Shown here piece after piece: positions 12,008 to 24,159 of a stretch of 64,000 nucleotides of DNA. Position 1 is the first letter of the stretch. Each line of letters starts with the position of its first letter. Below the pieces are notes generated by a model, which was not told where the DNA came from, made no database searches, and saw only the letters and a program-made list of their open reading frames with translations. Source of the DNA: Squalus acanthias (lineage: Eukaryota); assembly GCA_030390025.1 (NCBI GenBank), contig CM059433.1:4650001-4714000 (forward strand), given 5' to 3'. Made by a program: the position numbers and the translations under genes.

Positions 12008-13922
12008 CTATTTATGTGGGATTTTCCTTTTCCGGGTGCTTCTACGTTGTGCTACCCCTGCGGCTTCAGCAGAGTTAGAGGCAGCCTCTTCACCTCCGTG
12101 CTGCGCCTGCTTAGACGCCTTTGGCGGTCGTCCTCTGGATTTTGGAGCCACTGATGGCTCTGCCAAAGTCTGCTCCTCCTGCGACTGTGCATGCGCAGAC
12201 TCGGCCATCACTGTCCAGGGAGGCATCTGGGGCTCTGACCGAGGGGTTGGCAAGTGGGTGGAAGTCAGAGTGCTTGGAGCGGAGCCCCCACTTCCACGTC
12301 CCCTCTCACCATCATCTCTCTCATGGGCCACCTGCACTTCCCTGCTAGCAAGTAGCTGGAGAGTACCTTGCTGCACTTCAGTGGGGCCATGAGGGCCCAC
12401 CTCTATACTGACGTCCCTCTTACAAAGGAGGTCTATGAGCCTCTGGTTTCTCTCCTCCATTTTTCCCCATCTCTCCTCCATAGAGGAGCATCTATTTTGA
12501 AGAGAAACCATGTTCTCATGCGACTGGCGCCGTGCCTCCTCCATGCAGGTGACCATCCTATCCATGGAGGAAGCTATAGTTGCCAGTGAGTGCGCCACGG
12601 TGTTGCTCATGCTGGAGATGGACTCCTCCATTCTCTGCACACTCACAGTCATCGCGGTCGCGGAACCAGTCAGAGCCTCCTGAACTTGTTCCTGCAGCTC
12701 CAGGATCGCCCTCTTCCTGGATGGCCCCCGAGGCTCAGCGTCTGCATGCAGCTGAGCAGAGCTAGGAGACTCCTGCGCCCTCCGACGAGGAGTCTCAACT
12801 GCTGTCAATGTCTCCACCATCTGCTGCTGCCCAGTTGTGATCTGTGAGACATCAGGTGACGACACTACTCTATCTCGCGACATACCCACCGAGGAGTGCG
12901 ACTCTGCGCTGGTGCTGGGTTGCGTTGTCTGAGGTGACGCTGCGTCCTCAGAGGCAAGAGGCTCCTCTGAGGAGTCTTCTTGCTGTTGGTCCTGGACATT
13001 GGGGGGGGTGGTGCTCTTGATGGACCTGTGGGAGAGTGAAGACATCAGTTGGATATACAGGATGTCTACTGCAGACACATACCATTATCCACATGATCAG
13101 CATTCATCTTGTCCTGACATCACACCCCATATGAGGCAATGATGAAAGGCATGCAATTGTATGGAAATTCATTCTGTCACCAGCTTCTTCTACTGAGCCC
13201 CTCTCTCGTTCCCCCACTTCCGGAACGTCCACCACTCCAGCAATCTCCAGTGCTGCCTCCTCTGCACTCGTCAGATATGACATGGTGTGTGAAGGCCCTC
13301 CTCCCGTTCTCTCCCTCTTATTGTGGGCTATCTTTTCCTGCAAGGAGGTAAAGAAGAGAAGGTTCAGTGAGAGTGATGGTATGAGTGTAAGGAATGGAAT
13401 GGCATAGAGCTTTACATTGACAATTTGATGGAGTGGGTTGGCAAAACCAAGTTGCCTCCTTTTGTGTTGTTAGTTGCTGTCATTGCATAACGATGAGGCT
13501 CAGTGTGAGGGCTGCATAGTAAGATAGCGACCTGATAGTGCAGATAGAGTTAGCGGGATGGATGAAGGTACAAGGGATGTTGGGCTGTGTAGCGTTGTGC
13601 AGGAGTAGGGGTGGCAATGTAGAGTGGTGCGAATGTGATGAGACACACAGCAGCATCAAGGTAATTGTGGCTTAATACTCAATTTTTCTGATCTTACTAG
13701 ATCATTGAACCTCTTGCGGCACTGCACCCAGGTGCAAACCACCACTGACAGCCCCGTAACCTCCTGCGATATCTGCAGCCACGCTGCCTGTGTCTGCTGG
13801 GGAGGCCTCTTCCTGCCGTCCTCAGGGAAGAGAAGCTCCCTACGTGCTCTCACTCCCTCCACAAGATGGTGAAGGGACTCATCTGTGAAGCGAGGTGCTG
13901 CTCGTTGGTGCTGCAAGCTCAT
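12008..13922 (-). pseudogene. Harbinger Myb/SANT-like DNA-binding gene, 3 exons (13922-13683, 13337-13181, 13025-12008)
   Basis: RAAPRFTDESLHHLVEGVRARRELLF...AWLQISQEV...WVQCRKRFNDL trihelix; exon 2 KIAHNKRERTGGG; coiled-coil-like C-terminus. First donor reads ttgagt, and exon 3 needs a frameshift near a homopolymer run. Confidence 0.85.
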
Positions 13923-14741
13923 AGTGCAGAGACTCAAACACTGACAGCACTGAATGCTATCAATTTGCAACTGACAAATAAACCGGCAATAATCGCGTCA
14001 TCCGGTGACGTCACCAGACCCGCACCCTTTCATAGGGCCGGGAAACGTGCAGGGCGGGCCTAACAAGGCCCATTAGGACAAGATTCGATTTATCAACGGG
14101 ATCCACGCAGCAGCGGAGTCGCCCCCCCCCCCCCGCCGTCGACCTCTCCCGCCTTGAAGCCGCCCAGGTAGGTGAAATCGCGGCCTAGCTCTCCACTATA
14201 CTGCCACCACTTCTTTACGACAGCAGAGCTTCCAAAGTAGTTCATCCTAACAATGCATTCAATATAAAAAATACTTTTTATCTAAACACAATTCTTTATA
14301 ACAGGGCAGACTGCATGGCAATGTCTAATTCAAAATGCAACATAAAAATAGCATCAAAAACCTTCCAATCTAATATAATAAACGCATTAATCACAAAAAT
14401 TCCACATAATAATAAATCCACCCAACAAATAGTATTGTCTTCCAATCCCAAAAATCTGCAGATTCAGCAATATCCAGTCTCCCCAAGTCCCCTTATCTTG
14501 GCTGCTGCTGTTCTCTAGCTATTCCTAATTATCAATCTTGCCTCTCAAATCAGCTTACAAAATTATAAAGCAACCCGCACAGACTCAAAACATCATTCAC
14601 GTTTTTCTGCGCTCTGCCCTGATTAATCCCTGAAACACAAACATAAATCACAGCTTTAAAAGCACAAAAAATGCAAAGTATTGCAAACTGAAAAACCTGT
14701 GGTAACCAGAGTATAAACATCAATCACTGGGCTCAGTGACA

Positions 14742-15072
14742 TCTTCTTCTTCTTAGGCAGTCCCTCGGAACCGAGGATGAATTGCTTCCACATTAAAAAT
14801 GAGTTCTCAGGTGACTGATGAGTCCAATGCGGGACCTACAGTCTCTGTCACAGGTGGGGCAGACAGTGGTTGAAGGGGCAGGTGGGTGGGGTTCTTGGGT
14901 TGACGTGCGCTCCTTACGCTTGGCTTCTGCTTGCTCCCGGCGAAGAGACTCAAGGTGTTTGGCGCCTTCTCGGATGCTTCTCCTCCACTTTGTGCGGTCT
15001 TGGGCCAGGGATTCCCAGGTGTCGGTGGGGATGTTGCACTTTTTCAAGGAGGCTTTGAGGGTGTCCTTGAAG
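14742..15072 (-). mobile_element. RTE-clade LINE 3' fragment
   Basis: FKDTLKASLKKCNIPTDTWESLAQDR...CPTCDRDCRSRIGLISHLRTH with (AAG)n tail; nearly identical to 22165-22695. Confidence 0.88.
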
Positions 15073-15327
15073 CGTGGGACTCGACGCCATAACGTGACGC
15101 TGGGACTGTTGGACGAGTTGGTGCTCTCAGCGTGGAGCTCAGCCGCAGGTCGTGCGTCTCAGGAATTTGGACAGATAATTGGGGGGGGGGCGTGTGCCCC
15201 GATTACTGACAGGCGAGTCTCCATGTCAAGAGTGTGGATACATAAAATCAGCCCTAATTGCTTTACTTCTGCTATTCAGACAGGTCTAGTTATTTTATAA
15301 ACAGCAGAATCAGTGGAGGCACCTCAC

Positions 15328-15805
15328 GGAGTGAAATTCAAATCTGGCAGAGGCACAAACGAGACAGCAGCAGATAGACCACCCGTAATATCAGCACCCC
15401 CCCCCACCCCTCACCCACCATTCCAACCCCTCCCACCCACTCCACCCCCCCAGCCCCTCCCCACGCCCCTCCCCCCCGCCCCTCACCCACCACTCCAACC
15501 CCTCCCACCCACTCCACCCCCCCAGCCCCTCCCCCTCCACACCCACCACTCCAACCCCTCCCACCCCGCACCCACCACTCCAACCCCCCCCACCCCAGCC
15601 CTCACCCACTCCACCCCCCCAACTCCAGCCCCCAGCCCCTCCCCACGCCCCTCCCCCCCCCCCCCCCACCCCCAGCACTCCCACACCCCACAATTTTCCT
15701 TTCCATTGACTTCAATAGAAAGGAAACTCAGGCAGGTTGTATAAGGGACGGCTGATCCGACACTGCCTCCTCTGTGCCCCTGCCGAAGTTACATTTCACC
15801 ACCCC
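15328..15805. mobile_element. MITE containing a C-rich tandem expansion
   Basis: Inverted ends GTGAAATTCAAATCTGGCAGAGGCAC / GTGCCCCTGCCGAAGTTACATTTCAC; internal ~63-bp C-rich repeats at 15395-15690. Confidence 0.65.
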
Positions 15806-15908
15806 AGTCTCCTCTATTTGTGCTTATAGATTTTTAAGATTTAAATTAGCAATATGGGGACCTATTGAAAAGAACACTGATAAAAGGGTAAGAGACAGTT
15901 AGGAGCAC

Positions 15909-16055
15909 CTGCTTGCTGAAATCCAGTTGATGCATTCTGATTAGCTCCGGCAATGCTCTCTGCCGATGCTGCTGTGGTGGACGAGGCTGGACTCTCCGGT
16001 GGTTGTGAGGGAATGCTGGAGGTGGAACTCGAGGCTGACTGCTGTGTCCTACCCT
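15909..16055 (-). CDS. GREB1: GREB1 coding exon 5
   Basis: ttttattttaacag acceptor; reads EGRTQQSASSSTSSIPSQPPESPAS...GFQQAG (GREB1 Ser-rich segment ending QQAG); 147 nt, phase 1-1, G|gtgctc donor. Confidence 0.88.
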
Positions 16056-16159
16056 CTGTTAAAATAAAAGTGAGTTTTTACCAACACAGCCAGCTTATAT
16101 TCTTCGATCTTACAAACAAGCTATTCTTACTATCTCTCGGTGAGACGGTCATCGGTATA

Positions 16160-16560
16160 AACAGCAACAACCTACATTTATATCGCGGCTTTAATGTAGG
16201 AAAAACATCCCAAGGTGCTTCACAGGAGCAGAATCCAACAAAAACTGACTCCGAGCCAGAGAAGGAGACATTAGGACAGGTGACTAAAAGCTTGGTCAAA
16301 GAGGTAGGTCTTCAGGAGCATCTTGTCGGAGGAGAGAGGTGGAGAGGTTTAGGGAGCGAATTCCAGAGTGTAGGGCCTCAACAGCTGAAGGCACGGCTGC
16401 CAATAGGGGGGCAAACGCAGTGGGGATGTGCAAGAGGCCGGAATTGGAGGAACGCAGAGATCTTGGAAGGTTGTAGGGCTGGAGGAGGTTACAGAGATCG
16501 GGAGGGGCGAAACCATGGATACATTTGAACACGAGCATGAGAATTTAAAAATCGAGACAT
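16160..16560 (-). mobile_element. L2-clade LINE 3' fragment
   Basis: LVFKCIHGFAPPDLCNLLQPYN...LRSSNSGLL with (TTG)n tail; homologous to 27540-28090. Confidence 0.8.
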
Positions 16561-16833
16561 TGGGGCAAGGGGTGGGAGAGGGGGGTTCAGCACTCTGTCC
16601 CTCGCTTTTTGAAATGTAAAACAGAAGCGTAAAAACATTCTTGATAATGGCAACATTTCAGCACGAGTCCCCAGAATCAACTGAAATCAGTCTTTCCTGA
16701 GCACTGATCTGTGCCAATGTGTTTTCAACAAAACCTAGGTGGACACTGGCGAATTTATTCGACTCGCTGCACTTATCTATCTTGCTCTGGATAATTTTTT
16801 TTTAAAAAACAAACTTCACATTCCAGCTCTCAC

Positions 16834-17016
16834 CTGTGCCCTTCCAACAGATTAAGGGTCCTTTAGTGAGACTGCCCTGTGAATTCTTAATCAGATAGCA
16901 CTTCAGGTGCTTTTGTTTCTTGGGCTGGGTGACGAGTTTCAGGTTGATGTGATTGGAAAACTCAGTGAAATAACGAAACCCTTTTTCTCCACAGCCAACA
17001 CAATTGCCAGAGAAAC
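16834..17016 (-). CDS. GREB1: GREB1 coding exon 4
   Basis: [61 protein letters not shown]; tttctgtag acceptor, G|gtgaga donor, 183 nt. Confidence 0.96.
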
Positions 17017-17074
17017 CTACAGAAACATGAGGATAAACGCAGTTAACGGGCATGAAGATTTCTCGCACAACCTC

Positions 17075-17220
17075 AATAATTAAAACTGCTCAAGCTCATT
17101 TCACATAGGACCCTTGCAACTGGTCAGAGAGGAGACTTTTATCCCCTCAGTCTTGACTGCATTGAGATCCAGGTACCAGAGATGAAAGGACAGTGTGATG
17201 ATGATCTACTGCCGCAGTGG
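17075..17220 (-). mobile_element. Possible LF-SINE-like fragment
   Basis: Minus strand CCTTTCATCTCTGGTACCTGG...AGACTG...AAAGTC...TCTGAC...CCTATGTGAAATGAG resembles the recalled LF-SINE 5' half. Confidence 0.5.
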
Positions 17221-17978
17221 TCACTATTTCTGAGTGGTAGATTGATTTTAAAACATTCTTTAAATCCTAAAGTTCTTCGTGGGTATCAGGTTATATTTGG
17301 TGCACTCCATTTATATTTACAAGTATCAGATTACTGCCGATAAATAGAAACTGTATTTTTCTCAGGGAGCACAGACTTGACTCAAGCTCTACGCAAAACG
17401 GACTGTGGAAAATAAAAGTGCACCCCCCATAATCGTCTGCTCCAGCTGGGAGAAGGAGCGATTCTGTGGCACACGGGCATTCTATGGTGGCAGATGCGCA
17501 GGACAACACATCCGTACTAGTGAGGGTCCTCTCCCAGCTGGCAGTGACTGCTTCATCCGAAGGGATTTCCATGTGACTAAAAAAGGGATTCCCATCCTTC
17601 CCACCTGGGTTGGCTGCAACTTGTAACACAACAGTCAGTCCAAGATTCCAGGAAAGCTCGTCTTGCAAACTGAAGGCTTCAACAAAAAAGTCAAAAGACG
17701 GAGAGAAAGTATGCAAGGTGTTTCATTGCCAGAGGCAAGGTCACTGCCAAAAACTAAACCTCAATATTCAAATTAAACATTGACAACACACTAGCTTTAA
17801 GAAATTATTCACAGCAGGCCCGTTTCCCTGTTGTACCCATTTCATATCGGCGATGAGCAAACTGGAGGGGGTGGAACCGCTCCTGAAATCCTGAGTGTGG
17901 GACTCGATTATGATTAACATGGATGGTGCCTCAAATGATACCTGCACCCTCTACCTTCAGACAAGACGTGGACCCATT

Positions 17979-18743
17979 GGGCCGGATTTTCCGACCCCCA
18001 CAGGTGTGTACGGGCTGTGTACACACCCGTAGGGGCCTCGCAAGTGCCGGTTTCAGGCATGCCAAGCGCATGCGCTGAAAACCGACATTTCCAATCAGTT
18101 AGGAATCCTCTTGACAGATCGCACGCCTGCCCTGGAGAAGGGCCTCTGCGGGGGGGAAGAGTTCCGCTTTCTGCAGAACCTCCGCCCGCTGAAAACCCTT
18201 AGAAATCTTACGCCTGGTAAAAGCCTGCGTATGGCCTGCTTTTACAAGCATAAGAGTTTAAAAAGGTAAAAAAATAAAAAAATTTCCACTCATTTATAAT
18301 TTTAAAATATTTTTAAAAAAGGTAAGTTTATTTTTAGCCGAGTAAAAACTTATTTTTTTCAAAAAATTAAATTTTTGTTTAAAATATTTAATTTAATGTA
18401 ATTTTAACTAATTTTAAATACGTGATTTAAAAAAAAAATTATTTAATGTTTTAGTGTGTTTTTTGAGTGATCCCCATTCATACTTTTGACAGATCTGTGC
18501 AGAGAGACCTGTCAAAAGTGTGAAGGGGGATTCCCTTCTTTGATTGGTTCCCCATGGCCCACCTGATCCCAGGGAAGCTTGTGAACCGCCTGCGCCCCTG
18601 GGATACCTGGGCCTCTGCGCGCACACCAGGAGAGGCCAAGGACCGGAAGTGTCGGGACCTACGGAGCCAGCAGGTAAGTTCGTAGAGTTTTTCCAGATCG
18701 GACGCATCCGCCCGCAGGAAGCCTCCGTCGGAAAATCCGGGCC
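17979..18743. mobile_element. Harbinger-type MITE with 17-bp TIR and ATT TSD
   Basis: GGGCCGGATTTTCCGAC / GTCGGAAAATCCGGGCC (1 mismatch), ATT on both sides, AT-rich centre. Confidence 0.9.
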
Positions 18744-18985
18744 ATTGTTTATAGGTGTGCAGCAGTCAGCATTGTGACTTATGTTCATCTTCTGTTTTCA
18801 GTAGGCTTGCCCCAAGAACCAAGCAGCACTCCTAATGCTATGGAAGTAGACTCAGGACATTGGTGCAGGAGATCCCCATGGTAATATCCAGGACCCAAAC
18901 CATTTTGAGCTGCTTTAGCAGTGGTCTTTCTTCAATCTTAAGGTCAGGAGTGGGGCAGATCTCTATAGTTTGTAACTCCTTTAGT

Positions 18986-20482
18986 AACATAAGGAACAAG
19001 CCATTCAGCATCTCAGGTCTGCTCTGCCATCCATTTAGATCGGGAGTGATCTGTACCTCAACTCCATTTTCCCGCTTTGCTCCATATCCCTTGATACCCT
19101 TATCTAACAATCCATCTATCTCAGTCATGGAAGTTCCAATTGTCCCAGCATCCACAGCCTTTTGGGGGAAGAAAGTTTCAAATTTCTCCAACCTTTTGTG
19201 GGAAAAAGTGCTTCCTGATTTCACTCCTGAATGGCCTGGCTCTAATTTTAAGATTACGTTCCCTTGGGGGTGATTTTGTGACTGGGGGCGCGTTGGAGGC
19301 GGGACTGCTGCTTGTCGGGTTTTAGTCCCGCCTCCAAGGATTTGTGGCCAACCCATGCTATTTTCCCTTGATTGACCTTGTTAAGCCCGCCCAGCGGGTT
19401 TAGCAGGCCAATTAAGGGAAAGCCGGTTGCAGAGAACGTCAACGTATGACGTTTCATCTGTCAAAAAAGTTTTGACAGATGAATTGTCATCGTCTGACAG
19501 CTCTGTGAAGCTGTCAAACACTGACATTCTCTGTAGTTTGATGAGGTCTTGAATACAAGACCCCATCAAACTTCTTTCTTTTACAGAAATGAGATGGTTG
19601 TTGCATCTGTGAATGCAACGGCCACCTGTCATTCCCAACACGGAGGTCCAAGACTCTCCTCATACCCACTGACTGAAGCCTGCAGGAAGAAACAAAGGTA
19701 AGTACACTTTTACTAACACTTTGCACTTACCTCAGATACTCACCTCTCCACACTTGTACCCACCACTTACCTTCACACCACACTTTTGCACCCCTCCCCC
19801 CGCTCCCCACCCCCGACCCCCACAGACCCAGTACTCACCTCGCTGACCTGGCGTGTTTTGGAGCCTTCGGGAAGCCCGCACTTGTGAGGGCAAAAAGGGG
19901 ATAATTCTATTTTCTGCCTGTTAACTACCTGTTAACAGGCAGTTAATAGGCTTTAATCCCTTCCCGCCTTCAAGGAGACGGGACCCGGCGCGGGACGGCT
20001 ACCCGCCTCCTGGGAAGATGGCATGGAGGTGGGTTGGGCACCCGCCCCCAAATTCTGCCATTTTCCCAGCAGTCCCGCCTCCCCAGGGCTGGCAAGATCG
20101 CCCCCCTTGATCTTGATTCCCCCACCAGAGGAAATAGCTTCTCCACATCTACCCTATCAAATCCATTTAACATTTTAAACACCTCGCTTGGATCACCCCT
20201 CAATCTCCTATACTCAAGGGAATATAAGCCAAGTTTATGCAACCTGTCCTCATAATTTAACCCTCTAAGCCCTGGTATCATTCTGGTGAATATATGCAAC
20301 ATCCCGTTCAAGGCCAGTATATCCCTCTTGAGGTGCGGCGCCCAAAACTGAACGCAGTGCTTCAGATGGGATCTGACCAAGGCTCCATACAACTGAAGCA
20401 AAACTTCCTCCCCTTGGTATTCCAGGTCCCTTGAGATAAAGGCCAACATTCCATGAGCTTTTTGATTATTTTTTGTACCTGT
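18986..20482 (-). mobile_element. CR1 LINE 3' portion interrupted by a MITE
   Basis: MLAFISRDLEY...LGLYSLEYRRLRGD...LFPLVGESRSRG, resuming after 19265. Confidence 0.85.
19266..20105. mobile_element. Harbinger-type MITE (family A) nested in CR1, CTT TSD
   Basis: GGGGGTGATTTTG / CAAGATCGCCCCC ends, CTT both sides; paralogous to 3245-4078. Confidence 0.88.
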
Positions 20483-21067
20483 CTAGCAGCTTTGATAATG
20501 AAGCAGCTCAAGGCAACCTACAGCAGGACCTCAGCAACATCAAGGCTTGGGCTAACAAGTGGCAGGTAATATTTTCACCACATAAATGCCAAGCTATGAC
20601 CATTGCCAACAAGAACAACTATCTCCCCCGACCTTCAATGGCATCACCATTGCCAAGTCCGTCACCGTTAACATCTTCGATGGTCACCATTGACCAGATG
20701 CTTAACTGGATCAGCCAACAACCGTGGCTATGAGAGCGGGACAGAGGCTGAGGACTCTGCAACAAGTGTCTCACCTCCTGACCCCTGAAAGCCTCTCCAT
20801 CATCTACAAAGCTCATTGCCGCAACCGCACTCCAGACGCTCGACACAATCAGGACAGAGCAGTCCATTTGATTGGCACCACATCCACTGGACTCAATATC
20901 CACCCCCACCACCACCAGCACATTGTGAAGTCAGTATTTACTATCTATCGGATGCACGACAACATCTCACCAAACATGCTTCAACCGCACCTCCAAACCC
21001 AAGACCTCACACCAACAAGGACAAGAGCAGCAAGATCATGGGAACACCATCACCTCCAAGTTCCCCT
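20483..21067 (+). mobile_element. Degraded 3' fragment of the SINE-headed CR1-like LINE family
   Basis: QQDLSNIKAWANKWQVIFSPHKCQAMTI, RAGQRLRTL...SWEHHHLQVP, homologous to 48770-51270. Confidence 0.8.
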
Positions 21068-21079
21068 CTATTTTTTTTT

Positions 21080-21517
21080 TAATTCTCGGGATGTGGGTGT
21101 CACTGGCAAGGCCGGCATTTATTGCTCAACACTTGTTGCCCTGAGAAGGTGGTGGTGGGTCCTTCTTCTTGAACCGCTGCAGTCTGTGTTTGTTGTGGTT
21201 TGACGCAACTGACTGTCCATTGCAGAGGGCAGTTAAGAATCACCAATGTTGGTACAGGACAGGATTCACATCTAGACCAGACTGGGGAAAGACGGCAGGT
21301 TTTCTTCTCTGAAAGGCATTAATGAACCAGTTGGGTTTTTACAACAATGATAGATTTATAGTCACATTTACTGATAACTATTTTTTTTATTTTCAGATTT
21401 TACAAACTGAATTCAAATTCTCAGACTGCCATGGTGGGATTTGAACTCATGTTCTCTGGATTATTAGTCCAGGCCTCTGGATATCTAATCCAGTAAAATA
21501 ACGACTATGCTACCGTA
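21080..21517 (-). mobile_element. tRNA-derived SINE, probable Meta-domain family
   Basis: A-box-like GGTAGCATAGTCG, B-box GAGTTCAAATCC, core GTAAAAACCCAACTGGTTCATTAATG...CTGCCGTC; tail equals the LINE 3' end at 51380-51470. Confidence 0.8.
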
Positions 21518-21695
21518 CCAGCAGCAGCAGCAGCAGCAGCAACAACCACCTGAAATTTATGCTGCGTCTTCAATGTAGAAAAATGCCCCAAAGAGATGTA
21601 ATGGAAAAAAAGGACGTGAGCCAAAGGAGGAGATAGAAGGAGGGTGATAAAAAGCTTGGTCAAAGGGGTGTCTTAATGGAGGAGAGAAATGTGGA

Positions 21696-21913
21696 AATGT
21701 CTCCTTTTGTTCTTTCATCCCCTCCCCCTTTTCCCAGCTTTATCCTTGCTTTAAATCTATTTCATTTCCTGCTTTTTCCAGTTCTGACAAAAGGTCTTCG
21801 ACCTGAAACGTTAACTCTGTTTCTCTCTCCACGGATGCTGCCTGGCCTGCTGAGTTTTTCCAGCGTTTTCTGTTGTTATTTCGGATTTCCAGCACCCGCA
21901 GTATTTTGCTATC
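21696..21913 (+). mobile_element. Penelope-like terminal fragment with degenerate hammerhead, 12-bp TSD, inside an L2 remnant
   Basis: GAGAAATGTGGA at 21684-21695 and 21914-21925; CTGACAA-AAGGTC-TTC-GACCT-GAAACGTT. Confidence 0.75.
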
Positions 21914-22164
21914 GAGAAATGTGGAGGGGCTGTAGTCAAGAGGGCACAGCCTAGGCAGCTAAAGGCACAAGTTCTAACGGTGGGTGTGAGAGTGTCTAGC
22001 AGCAGGGACATGGCTAGAGTTGGTATGGATGAGGCTGCTGCCTATGAAAGTGATGCGGAATCGGCCTTTCCAGCACTGCCTCCCGACAGCGCTAATTAGT
22101 GAAGATGTGCCGAAAGTGGCAGGGCTAGCCGCCCACCGCAGCAGTGGTCTTGGCAGATCCTGCA

Positions 22165-22695
22165 AATCCATTGGCAGGATAGGCGCACCAACGTCAGTGT
22201 TCTCGCTCAGGCCAACATCCCCAGCATCGAAGCTTTGACCACGCTCGATCAGCTCCGATGGACGGGTCACATTGTCCGCATGCCCGATACGAGACTCCCA
22301 AAACAAGCGCTCTACTCGGAGCTCCGACACGGCAAGAGAGCCCCAGGTGGGCAGAGGAAACGCTTCAAGGACACCCTCAAAGCCTCCTTGAAAAAGTGCA
22401 ACATCCCCACCGACACCTGGGAATCCCTGGCCCAAGATCGCATAAAATGGAGGAGAAGCATCCGGGAAGGTGCCGAACACCTCGAGTCTCTTCGCTGGGA
22501 GTAAGCGGAAGCCAAGCGCAAGGAGCGCACGTCAACCCAAGTACCCCACCCATCCGCCCCCTTCAACCACCGTCTGCCCCACCTGTGACAGAGACTGTAG
22601 GTCCCGCATTGGACTCATCAGTCACCTGAGAACTCATTTTAAGTGTGGAAGCAAGTCATCCTCGGTTCCGAGAGACTGCCTAAGAAGAAGAGAAG
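22165..22695 (+). mobile_element. RTE-clade LINE 3' fragment
   Basis: QLRWTGHIVRMPDTRLPKQALYSEL...GGQRKRFKDTLK, C2H2-like end, (AAG)n tail. Confidence 0.9.
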
Positions 22696-23083
22696 AGGAC
22701 TTGGCAGAGGCAACTGCATGGTCATCTCAGAAGCATCATAAAGAGGCTCAGAGCCACCTCAATCCCAAAAGGCTCCCTTTGAGACCCAGCAGGCAACCGT
22801 CACACTAACGTCTTCCAATGGGAGTCAGTTAGAAGGCACACAATGTGCAAGCATCAAGGGGAAACAGTGCAGCAAAATATGGCACATCAGGTGCACACGA
22901 CAAATTGGGGAAATAAACTGGTTGCTCCTTTGTGTTCGCAGCTTCTTTGAAATGATGCAAAATAAAGTAGCAAAATATGGATGTTAGTCAAGGTGGTGCA
23001 GAGGACTAGGTGGTGGAAGAGTCTTTTGTGCCATTTGATTGAATACATGTGGACAGTTCATTGAAGTGGCCGCTCAGGAACCA

Positions 23084-24080
23084 AATCATAGAATCATAGA
23101 TGTTTACAGCACACAAGGAGGCCATTCGGCCCATCTTGTCCGTGCCGGCCGACAAAGTGCTCTCCAGCCTAATCCCATTTTCCAGCTCTTGGTCCGTAGC
23201 CCTGTAGGTTACGGCACTTCAAGTGCATATCCAAGTACTTTTTAAATGTGCTGAGGGTTTCTGCCTCTTCCACCCTTTCAGGCAGTGAGTTCCAGATTCC
23301 AACCACCCTCTGGGTGAAGAAATTTCTCCTCAAATCCCCTCTAAACCTCCAACCAATTACTTTAAATCTATGCCCCCTGGTTATTGACCTCTCTGCTAAG
23401 GGAAATAGGTCCTTCCTATCCACTCTATCTAGGCCCCTCAATTTTATACACCTCAATTAGGTCTCCCCTCAGCCTCCTCTGTTCCAAAGAAAACAACCCC
23501 AGCCTCTCCAATCTTTCCTCATAGCTAAAATACCCCAGTCCAGGCAACATCCTCGTAAATCTCCTCTGCACCCTCTCTAGTGCAATCACATCCTTCCTGT
23601 AATGTGGTGACCAGAACTGCAGCCTAACTAGTGTTTTATACAGTTCAAGCATAACCTCCCTGCAAGTATCCCATATGCCTTCTTAACCACCTTATCTACC
23701 TGTCCTGCTACCTTTAGGGATCTGTGGACATGCACTCCAAGGTCCCTCTGATCTTCTGCACTTCTCAGTTTCCTACCATTTATAGTGTATTCCCTTGCCT
23801 TGTTAGCCATCCCCAAATGCATTACCTCACACTTCTCCAGATTGAACTCTATTTGCCACTGTTCTGCCCACCTGACCAGTCCATTGCTATCTTCCTGCAG
23901 TCTGCAGCTTTCTTCTTCATTATCAAACACACGGCCGATTTTTGTATCGTCTGCAAACTTCTTAATCATACTCCCTACATTCAAGTCCAAATCATTGATA
24001 TATACCACAAAAAGCAAGGGACCCAGTACTGAGCTCTGCAGAACCCCACTGGAAACAGCCTTCCAGTCACAATAACACCC
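23084..24080 (-). mobile_element. CR1 LINE 3' portion
   Basis: LFVVYINDLD...KFADDTKIG RT motifs, NFFTQRVVGIWNSLP, (ATTCTATG)n tail. Confidence 0.9.
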
Positions 24081-24159
24081 TAACAGAACGTGTCCTGTAT
24101 GAACAGTTGGTGCAATAATCTTCTAGGCTGCAAAAGTGGTTTTGCAGCAGCACAGTAAC

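Larger units (their letters stand above)
9941..14185. mobile_element. Near full-length PIF/Harbinger transposon (transposase plus Myb/SANT gene, convergent)
   Basis: Imperfect TIRs GGGCTGAATTTTGCC / GGTGAAATCGCGGCC flanked by TAA / TAG; both Harbinger genes present. Confidence 0.88.

Noticed and set aside
10490..13922. Domesticated HARBI1 / NAIF1 / MSANTD host genes
   Set aside because: Frameshifts, a broken splice donor, TIRs and paralogous fragments indicate transposon copies.
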